A stretch of DNA of 64,000 nucleotides from an uncultured bacterium (GTDB lineage: Bacteria; Chloroflexota; UBA5177; JANWHV01). The number at the start of each line of letters is the position of its first letter. Positions within the stretch are counted from its first letter, which is position 1. Shown here piece after piece: positions 54,965-64,000 of this stretch. The stretch spans positions 89,230 to 153,229 of the forward strand of contig CAWHAE010000015.1 in NCBI GenBank assembly GCA_963827235.1, written 5' to 3'. The translations under genes and the position numbers were made by a program. The notes beneath the pieces were generated by a model, which saw only the letters and a list, made by a program, of their open reading frames with translations, ran no database searches and was not told the origin of the DNA.

Positions 54965-55785
54965 TGGAGGAACCTCGCTACTCCACGATCCTGCTGTTCG
55001 GAAGAGAAGAACCCAGGAGCGTGATCTCGGACGACCTGTTCCGGGAACTCGTTGAGTCACTTGCTGGGTTTGTTCGAATCCCCGGTCGTCCGCTCAAGTG
55101 CCGCGGGCGCATCAATCGTCCGCGCTCACGGAATATTGCCCCTCGAAGCGCGCAGTTGAGCGACAAGCTGCTAGAGGCTTGGCTCGGCGCCATCAAGGGC
55201 GGGATCTTTCGCTATTTTGAGCTATTCGATAAGGCTATCTCTGACAGCGACTGGCCGGCAGTATACGCGGGCATCCACAAGCTCGGACCGACCGCTTATA
55301 GTCAGCAGCCGACTGTAGGCGCGGACAACCATGTAGTGCTAGCTATGCGCAGAGAGCTGATCGCTCAGCGCATGGAGACCCTGGAGAGCTACACCAGGAC
55401 CCTCGCGGAGTTGACGTCAGCGATTTACGGTTGTATTGAGTACGATGTGGGTTGGTCAGAGCCGAAGGCGGGTGGTCTATACCGGTCAGACCTCATCGAC
55501 ATGAGGTACCACGATCGCACCGGGAACGACTACGGCTTCGGTGAATACACCATGGACAGGTTCATACCTCGGTTGTACTGGGGGAATGTACTTCTCAGAT
55601 CTCATTTTGCTAGCGGTGATCCCACGACCGTGCCCTCCCAGGACGTGGCACGGCTCGAGCACTGGGGCAGGGATCTGTTCTACCTGCGGTTTGCGCGGGA
55701 TCCTCAGCGGGATTCGGGCTTTCCAGTGGAGTTGCTAGAGAGCTTCAACACGATCCCCGGCGCGCGGAGGGATAGTCGCCAATAG
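54961..55785 (+). CDS. Putative immunity protein (identical to 13169-13993)
   Basis: Same 274-aa translation. Confidence 0.8.
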   Translation: MMEEPRYSTILLFGREEPRSVISDDLFRELVESLAGFVRIPGRPLKCRGRINRPRSRNIAPRSAQLSDKLLEAWLGAIKGGIFRYFELFDKAISDSDWPAVYAGIHKLGPTAYSQQPTVGADNHVVLAMRRELIAQRMETLESYTRTLAELTSAIYGCIEYDVGWSEPKAGGLYRSDLIDMRYHDRTGNDYGFGEYTMDRFIPRLYWGNVLLRSHFASGDPTTVPSQDVARLEHWGRDLFYLRFARDPQRDSGFPVELLESFNTIPGARRDSRQ

Positions 55786-55855
55786 TTGGCCAGGCTCGTT
55801 CGGCCATGGTGTTGGATCAAATGGCGGCCAGCCTGCCGACTGCTAGGGGTCTCCA

Positions 55856-58800
55856 TCTCCCTGGCCAGCGAGGGCGGCAACGGCTACCTCGTCGCGGCGG
55901 CCGACGGCACCGTCTTCATGAACGAGTATGCGAACGACAAGATCGCCCGCGTCACTGCCGATGGCACCTTCGGCGAGGTCGACGTGCCCACGGCCAACGC
56001 GGGGGCGGACCGGCTGGCGATAGCGCCGGACGGCAGCCTGTGGTTCACGGAGCAGCAGGCGGGCATGGTGGGGCGGCTGGACGCCGGCGGCAGGATCGGC
56101 GAGTACCAGCTGGACCAGCCGGCGGGCAGCGTGCCCACGGGGATCGCCTTCGACGAGGCCGGCAACCTGTGGCTGACCATGCGGGACGCAGGCCGGGTGG
56201 TGGAGATCGCCGCCGATAGCCTGCCGGCCGCGGAGCCCACGGCCACCGCCACGAGCAGCGGCACGGTCACCCCGGCCACGGCCACGCCCACGGCGGGCAC
56301 GCCGGCAGCGGGCCAGGTGAGCATGCACCTGCATTACACGCTATGACGCGGCGGGCCGGCGCACTACGCTGACCTACCCGGACGGCAAGACGGCGACGTG
56401 GAGTTACGACGCGACGGGTCAGGTGAGCACGCTGACCCAGCCGGGGGCGGCACCCAACACCAGTCACGCCGGCTACGACAAAGCGGGCAACCTGACGCGG
56501 CTGCAGGCGGCCAACGGCACCAGCCAGGTGTGGGGCTATGACGCCGCCGGCCGGGCCATCGACACCACGGTCAGCATCTCGGGCACCGTGCTCTTCAGCC
56601 AGACGGACACGCTGGACGCGGCGGGGGAGCGCACCGGCATCGACGACAGCTGGGGGACGTCCAGCTTCGGCTACGACCCGGCGGGCGAGCTGACCAATGC
56701 CGGCTACCCGGACGGCAGCAGCGAGCAGGATGCGTACGACGGGGCCGGCAACCGCACCGTGATCACCAGCACGGTGACGCTGACGCACCACCGGTGCCCT
56801 CTCCACCACGGTGACCACCAACAGCTACGACGCGGCGGACGAGCTGACCAGCGCCTCGACGGCCTCGGACGTCGGCCCGGGCGAGCCCACCACCTATACG
56901 TACGATGCCGCGGGCAACCAGATGGGCAGCGCGGGACAGACCGGCACGATCACCAACACCTACGACCTGCAGAACCGAGCTGGTCCAGGTGACCGGCCCG
57001 AGCACCAACCTGACCTTCGTCTACGACGGGCAGGGCGACAGGCTGCGCAGCTACGACGCGTCAAGCGGCACGCCAACTCTCTCCAACTATGCGCAGGACC
57101 TGGCGGCCGGCATGTCCGACCTGGTCTCCGATGGCAGTGCCGACTACGCCTACCTCAATCCGGGCAGCGGCCAGGCACCGCTGGCCGGCTACACCCTGAG
57201 CACCCAGCGCACCACCACCCTGGGCACCGACCTGCTGGGCAGCGTGCGCCTGGTCACCGACCCCACCGGCGCCACCATCGGCGCCGGCGCCTACGACGCC
57301 TGGGGCAACGCGCGGCCCAACCCGGACACGTCCACCGGCAGCGGCGCCACGCTGCTCGCCGGCCTGCAGGGCAGCCAGCCCTTCGGGTTCGCCGGGCAGT
57401 ACTACGACGCGGCGGCAGGCACGTATGACATGCGGGCCCGGGAGTACAGCCCCAGTGAGGGGCAGTTCGAGAGCGTGGATCCGCTGCCTGCCGATCCGCA
57501 GGTGCCGGTGACGCTGGACCCCTACGAGTACGCGGGGAACATGCCCACGGACGTGACGGATCCGAGTGGACAGGGGTGGGCGTTCCCTCTCGATGCCGGC
57601 AACTACTACGGCGACTACATCGAGGAAAGCAGTATCGGTGGCCAGGCAAGCTATTTCTTCGGTAGTCAGATCGCCCAGGCCCAGCAAGGCTACCTGGACT
57701 CCGTGTGGCGCCGGACATCCTCCACCGCCTCCAGCAGCGTGTTGAGCGATGCCGGCCAGTATGGCTTCTGGATCCCGGTGCTCAAGGAAAACGCGAGCAA
57801 GTCTTGTTGGCATACCCAGGCGGCTCTGCGCGCGTCGACCTACGCGGCCGACGTGGTCGACCTCAAGGACGGCGAATACTGGGACATCGAGCGCGCAGAC
57901 GCGCCACGAAACGGCTTTACGGCCAAGGTCAACCAGATCATCCGCGACGCCAAGGTGTTCGGCATGCTCTGGCCCTCCTGGAAGTGCAACTACGACTACG
58001 TCAACATGGAGAGCCCGGATTGCTCCGGTAGCATCGTCCATGCGGACCTCCGGCCCGGCGACGACTTCCCGCCCAAGGCCGGCACCCAGTTTGCCACGCT
58101 GACCACCCTTGACGGTGATCCTGCGGTCAACATCCGGCTCGGTCGTTCACCGGGCTCCTTCTTGCAGGCCTGGCAGCTCCAGCCCGGTGTCATCGTCTTC
58201 ACCCAGAACCTGAACCAGACCGTCTGTGAGAAGTCGCCCACCCTGTGCGCGCTGAATGCGATCAGCGGCGACATCCTCAACGGCGCCGACGAGCTGTCCC
58301 AGGCAGCCGGCTGGCTTGAGCAGGCTATTCACGGCAATGAGGCGAGTACACGGCAGTGGTACAACTCGTCGAGCGGCGGCTCGCACATCCTGGCCTTCCT
58401 CTGGGCAAGCGGTATCGACGCACCGGCGCTGATCGCGGACAACTTCTTCATCATGCCGGTCAAGCAATGCACCGCTCGTGACACCGGGCCGCTGGGTTGC
58501 GCTGATGCCGCCCTTGTCGTCAGCACCAGTCTGGTCGGCGGACCCATCCTGCGCTACGTCGGGAGCAAGGTTGTCTCGCCGACCGTGGCCGGCCTCCGCA
58601 GTATCATCGGTGCCATCGCGGACCAGGGGATGCGGCACTGGGAGTTCCTCGACGCTGCCGGGACGTTTGTCAAGGAGGCTACCGCTGCCTCCAGGCAGAA
58701 GCTCACCGAAGCGTTCCAGCGACTGAGTCGCGAGTCGGAGACTGGGGCCCAGAGTGAGACGCCCTGTGTCGGCGCGTGCAGGGGCACCAATCAGACCTGC

Positions 58801-59589
58801 TTCCCGGCGGGCACGCTGGTGCAGACGGACCATGGCTCGGTGGCCATCGAGGATCTCAAGGTCGGCGACAAGGTCCTGGCGGAGAACCCTGCCACCAAGC
58901 AGGTAGAAGCGGAACCGGTGCAAGCCCTCATCGTCAAACCGGTCTCGCCGCTGCTGGCGCTGCACCTGTCGGATGGCAGCACGATCAAGGTGACCGCCAA
59001 CCATCCGTTCTTCGTGGATACTGGCCCCGGCAGCAAGCACGCCGACTGGGTGGAAGCCGGCAAGCTGCGGGTCGGCGACACGCTACGCACCGAGGCGGGC
59101 AAGGACGTCACGATCCTGGCCATCGACGAGCACGCCGGGTACGCTGTGGTGTACACGCTCACCGTGGCCGCCGACCACGACTACTTCGTGGGGTTGGCAC
59201 GGGTGCTGGTGCACAACGCTGGGTGCGGTCCAGTGCCGAAGGACTCAGTGACCGGCCGCGGTAGCCCCCATAACGACGCGATCATGGATACGATCGACGA
59301 GTATAGCGCAGACGGCTACACGCTCGCTGCGGGCGGCACCAGGAGCGAGCGACTGATACCCATCGACCAAGCTGAGTCGTTCAAGAGCCTGCGGCGCATT
59401 GACATCGTAATGAGGGCACCTGATGGGTCCGAGGTTTATATCCAGGTCGGCAGGACGACTGCAGCTGGTCTACCTGTGAGGCGAGAGATCGAAGCAATGG
59501 TCGACTTGTCGCGTCAACTTGGCAGTCCGATCCTCTTCCGCGCCTACGACAAGGCCGGCACAGAGTTCAGCTTCATGACGGAGCCGTAG
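55856..59589 (+). pseudogene. Orphan Rhs cassette F: partial Vgb + core + linker/HINT shared with cassette A + different REase-like tip
   Basis: Frameshifts near 56340, 56785 and 56975; tip E...RRIDIV...IQVGRT...PVRRE..A..DL. Confidence 0.85.
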
Positions 59590-59591
59590 GG

Positions 59592-60167
59592 ATGGGCGCG
59601 GTGCAACGCGAGTTTGGTCCTGCGGTGCGTTCGAGCGCCCTGAGAATGTTCATTGCGCCAGAGGAGGTGAAGCAGTGCCTGGACATCCTTCGCGCCGAGC
59701 GGCAGCTCGTACTCTTCAAACTCGTCTATGCGGAGAGGTCGATTCGTGGCATCGAACCTGCTGAGATCCTGGACGTCAGGGAGCCGCTGGACCTGATTAT
59801 GATAGCTGACGAGCACTTTGATGTGTCGAGCGTCTCCTGGGCTGATGCAACAGTTTACCTTGCATTTCAGCGCGGTTGGCTGTGCCTCGAGCTGCCCCTG
59901 CGTGTGCCTGAAGTGCTCAGCATGGCGACACTTAGCTACCGCTCCGCCGTCGTATCCGCATCTGAGCTGTTTCGCCGAGCCAAGAGGCAGTTCAGCCGTA
60001 TGCTCGTCCGAGGCGTGGAAGTTGAGGGCGTGCGCCGCGAAGGCTCGAGGAGACCATGGAAGGATGTGTATTACTCGCCAGGCGCGAAGGAGCTAGCCGA
60101 GCGAGGCGTGATCTGGAGACAGAACAGTATTGAGACGCAGCGCTACTACCCAGCCAACCTGTCCTGA
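59592..60167 (+). CDS. Putative immunity protein for cassette F
   Basis: Starts 2 bp after the toxin stop; family not recognised. Confidence 0.75.
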   Translation: MGAVQREFGPAVRSSALRMFIAPEEVKQCLDILRAERQLVLFKLVYAERSIRGIEPAEILDVREPLDLIMIADEHFDVSSVSWADATVYLAFQRGWLCLELPLRVPEVLSMATLSYRSAVVSASELFRRAKRQFSRMLVRGVEVEGVRREGSRRPWKDVYYSPGAKELAERGVIWRQNSIETQRYYPANLS

Positions 60168-60444
60168 AGGGCCGTAGCTCCCACAGGCCGCGAGCACCTT
60201 GCCGACGAACTGGAGAACGCTGTAGGACCGGAGTGCCCACGTCGACAATTGATAGGTTTGCCCCTTGCGTCCTGCATTGATGGTCGCCCGACAGAGGCGT
60301 CAACCATCACTGGGGCATCGTAGTAACACAGACGAATTCATGGCTGAGACCGCTCAAGGCCGAATCAAGACGTTGTTCAGGTCGAGGGAGGGCAGCGCCT
60401 ATTGGGCATCGCAAGGTGGGTGACTATGCGATATACCTGCCCCG

Positions 60445-63139
60445 CACCGATGCCCTCTCCACCACGGTGACCACCAACGCCTACGACGCGGCGGACGAGC
60501 TGACCAGCGCCTCGAGGGCCTCGGACGTCGGCCCGGGCGAACCTACCACCTATACGTATGATGTCGCGGGCAACCAGGTGGGGAGCACCGGACAGACCGG
60601 CACGATCACCAACACCTACGACCTGCGGAACGAGCTGGTGGCCATCATCGGCCCGACCACCAACCTCACCTTCGTCTACGACGGGCAGGGCGACCGCCTG
60701 CGCAGCTACGACGCGTCAAGCGGCACGCCAACTCTCTCCAACTACGCGCAGGACCTGGCGGCCGGCATGTCCGACCTGGTCTCCGACGGCAGTGCCGACT
60801 ACGCCTACCTCAATCCCGGCAGCGGCCAGGCACCGCTAGCAGGCTACACCCTGAGCACCCAGCGCACCACCACCCTGGGCACCGACCTGCTGGGCAGCGT
60901 GCGACTGGTCACCGACCCTACCGGTGCCACCATCGGGGCCGGTGCCTACGATGCCTGGGGCAACGAGCGGCCCAACCCGGACACATCCACCGGCAGCGGC
61001 GCCACCCTCCTCGCCGGTCTGCAGGGCAGCCAGCCCTTCGGCTACGCCGGGCAGTACTACGACGCGGCGGCCGGCAGCTACGACATGCGGGCCAGGGAGT
61101 ACAGCCCGCAGCAGGGGCAGTTCGAGAGCGTGGACCCGCTGCTGGACCAGACGGGCCAGCCGTACGAGTATGCGGGTGACGATCCGGTGGGCACGACGGA
61201 TCCGAGCGGACTGTTATCCGATCCGGCCACAGTCGGTTACTACATGGCCTGGCCGAGTGATCCCAATAACTACAATCTGGTCAAGGATGCGATCATCTAC
61301 GATTACATTAAAGGCGATCCGGCACACCTGACCTACTCCCACGCAGCCAACTCCGGCTCTGCCGCCGGCTCCGCTGACCTGGTCAGTTTCAGCGCATTCC
61401 CCACGCTGGAGAACGGCCTCATAGGCGAAGTCTACGACGTAGTGCCCGACTACTTCGCGCAGCCAGGTAACAACGGCGATCCCACGCACGCTCGGGGAGG
61501 CGCCTTCGGCCCCAATGCCGCCTGCGGGCCGGTTGTCAACGAGCCTGAGTACTTGAGTTGCCAGTATGTTCAATCCCTGTCCAGTCTGCAGAATCTCACG
61601 GCCAGCCCGTCCGGCCTTACGTACCGCGACAATGCCTGGCAACTCCATACTCCTGACATGGACGCGAAGAAGTGCAGCGACACGCCCCCTGCCCTACTTC
61701 TCGGCCGGAGCTATCCCGACTCCTTCACCTCGGCACTGACCTGGTCACTGCAAGGACCAACGTTCAACAGCGCCATGGCGAAGGCTTCCAACAGGACCAT
61801 CCACGGCAGTGCCGTTCATATCTTCTCCCGCCTGCTGGCGCCAGGCCTGATCGGCTTTTCCGTCTGCACGCTGGGCAAGTCCACCGACGGCTACTTCACG
61901 GTGACCGATACGCCCTGCGCGCAGCCGTCACGCAACCTCGCACCCAACACTCCGAGCTGTGCCTTCGGTGGAGCGGCCGCAGGACTCTGCGTCCTCGATG
62001 TATTCCTAGGCAACGCGTTGTCCGACTACGTGCGCTGCCCGTCGGGCGGCGAGGGCAACCAGTGCCGGGCAGCGGCCGAATCGAACGCTTTCTTTGGCAT
62101 CGTCCTGTCAAGCGTGGGAGGCGTGGGGGAACTGGCGCCAGAGCTGGAGGACTTCGACGCAGTCGGGCTTCCGAACGGTATTCGCTCGGTCGAGCAGCTT
62201 AGGACAGCACTGGCGACAGAGTCAAGCGCAGGTGAAGGGAGCCAATCTGCCGTCGCGGTCGTGGAGGACGGTGAGATCCGTGTGGCCACAGAAGCCGAGG
62301 CCAAGGAGCTACCTGCGGACGTGGTCGCGTGCCCGCGCTGCTTCCCAGCAGATACGCTCGTCGCCACGGTGGGTGGTTCAGTGACCATCTCGAATCTACG
62401 CCCTGGCAATCGGGTATTGGCTGAAGACCCAACTACCGGCTTGGTTCGGGTTGAGCGGGTTGAGGCGCTCATTGCTCGACCGGTGAGCCCGTTGCTGGCC
62501 CTAACTCTGAGCGACGGAAGCTCGCTTGTCGTGCAGCCCGACCATCCATTCTGGGTCGATGGCGGACCAGGCATTGACGGTCCTGGCTGGTACACGGCAG
62601 GAACGCTCAGGGTTGGCGACAGACTTCGCACTGCCGCGGGTAGGGACGTCAGCGTTGTCGCCATTCGGTGGAACGCCGGCGATGCCAATGTCTACACGTT
62701 GACCGTGGCAAACGATCATACGTTCTTCGTCGGCAGCGCACGAGTGCTGGTGCATAACACCGACGTGGACGCCGAGACGTTGGCATGCAGCTTGTACTAC
62801 GCAGGCATCAAGAGGCCAAGGAGTGGAGATTACTCGCCGCATCACATCGTGCCCACTGGGGCTTTCAGCGGGAGGAATCTCGAAGCTCAGCGTGCGCTAG
62901 AACGGAGCCAGGAAATCCTTCGGGAAGCGGGTATCGATCTTAACGATGCTCCTAACGGGGTGTGGCTGGAACAGGACTATCATCTGGGAGTACACACCAA
63001 CGACTACCTCGAGAATGTCGCGAATGCGCTCGAGAAAGCGGTTGATCCGAAAACACATGACGTGGACGTGGCGAAGGTGAAGTCGATATTGAGTGAGATA
63101 GCGGTTAGGCTGCAGGCTCGCGATCCTTCGCTGTATTAG
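60445..63139 (+). pseudogene. Orphan Rhs cassette G (open frame): core + HINT + AHH-type HNH nuclease
   Basis: PVGTTDPSG; HINT 62339-62758; tip PHHIVP...GIDLND..NGVWL...H.GVH...Y. Confidence 0.88.
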
Positions 63140-63208
63140 GAGGTCAAGGTCTAGCACCCGCAGCAGTGCGATCGGTGCTTTCCGTTCTCTACATGAAAGG
63201 GTCCGACG

Positions 63209-63757
63209 TTGCGAGTCTTTAGGGTCAAGAGGGACACGAACAAACTTGACGGTTTGGTGCCTGTAGAGACGAGCGGGTGGAAGCTTCTCGACACCGATGG
63301 TTCGGCCCGTGCCGCCGAATGGAAGCCCCCTCAAGTGTTCTTTGATTCCAGAGGCCCACATCAAATCGGGGATTTCGTCCAGTCAGCGCGTTGTTCGGTG
63401 GTAACTAGCCCGCGGGCGACCGCGCTGCTGCGGCATGTGCTGTCGGCAGCGGGCGAACTGCTTCGACTACCATACTGCGATGTGGAGTACACCTTGACCA
63501 ATGTCATCAACGTGGTCGATTGCTGCGATGACTCGACCGCTCTCAGTGCGCTCGACAAGTACGGCATCATGCCAGAGCGTTTGCGCATGACACGGTCGTC
63601 CATCTTCAAGATTCCTCAAACCGCGCACATTGAAGTGCTTACGGTTACGGGGTTCTTCGCGCCGGAGGACGATTTCTTGACACTCGTGGACAAGCACGGT
63701 CTCAAGGGTCTGCGCCCCGTACTGCTGTGGTCGGACGAGGTAGCTCAATCGTCCTAG
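63209..63757 (+). CDS. Imm11/DUF1629-like immunity protein
   Basis: GDF...YTLTNVINVVDC.D...IFKIP...F..LV...GLKGL; follows an AHH nuclease, the usual partner of this family. Confidence 0.7.
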   Translation: MRVFRVKRDTNKLDGLVPVETSGWKLLDTDGSARAAEWKPPQVFFDSRGPHQIGDFVQSARCSVVTSPRATALLRHVLSAAGELLRLPYCDVEYTLTNVINVVDCCDDSTALSALDKYGIMPERLRMTRSSIFKIPQTAHIEVLTVTGFFAPEDDFLTLVDKHGLKGLRPVLLWSDEVAQSS

Positions 63758-64000
63758 GACGTCGGCTTTCCTGCCAACCCTGCATGGTCAACCACGCGGA
63801 ATACATAGGCAATAATTGCCACCAACCTGTAATCGCCATCGCTGCCTGTCTTCCTTTTGAGTGCAAACAACACCTTGTCACCTTGTCAGGTGTCCTTCGC
63901 ATTGCCGGCCAGCAGGTAGCGGCGAAGAACGGGAGAGCGTAGGCTGAGGCAACGAGGTCGCAAGGACGAGCGCGGGGTGGTGGCAGGATGCAGCGAGTGC

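Larger units (their letters stand above)
53143..59217 (+). repeat. Right copy of ~6.07-kb inverted duplication
   Basis: Reverse-complement match to 9743-15808. Confidence 0.95.

Noticed and set aside
55786-55855. Integron attC-like sites between cassettes
   Set aside because: Only an imperfect hairpin, with no consistent RYYYAAC/GTTRRRY ends and no integrase
9743-59217. Diversity-generating retroelement as the explanation for near-identical repeats
   Set aside because: No reverse transcriptase in the window; the differences are not adenine-specific and the repeats are kb-scale

Overview
GC-rich bacterial window. A Chloroflexota-like origin is only an inference from protein style. From 1-3.8 kb there is a sugar ABC transporter plus GH51 arabinofuranosidase operon, followed by a secreted 14-repeat Cys-rich beta-propeller protein (3.8-6.2 kb). 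Most of the window is an unusual Rhs polymorphic-toxin locus. The full-length gene (42610->26206, about 5,470 aa, one +1 frameshift near 33620) has a Sec-type signal peptide, a 7-blade propeller, an FlgD-Ig domain, a DUF6531-like domain and about 60 YD repeats. A roughly 2,000-aa insertion (6 malectin domains, LamG, Vgb-like propeller) then interrupts the YD shell, and the gene ends with the Rhs core, a HINT domain and a NucA/NucB DNase tip, followed by a Nin/ComJ-like immunity gene. Orphan core+tip/immunity cassettes lie on both sides in opposite orientations. The left arm has four cassettes plus remnants on the - strand (6.5-23.5 kb, with a MazEF-type TA pair, a 128-bp MITE-like element and a dead ISKra4/ISLre2-like IS). 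The right arm has three cassettes on the + strand (53.1-63.8 kb). The arms share a ~6-kb inverted duplication that ends exactly at a HINT C-terminus, where different toxin tips are attached. This geometry would allow reversible toxin-tip switching by inversion (a hypothesis). Between the main gene and the right arm lie an O-antigen-ligase/TPR gene and a partly deleted amine-catabolism cluster. Several frameshifts in the repeated cores look like assembly consensus artefacts. All family assignments come from motif recognition by eye; no searches were run.
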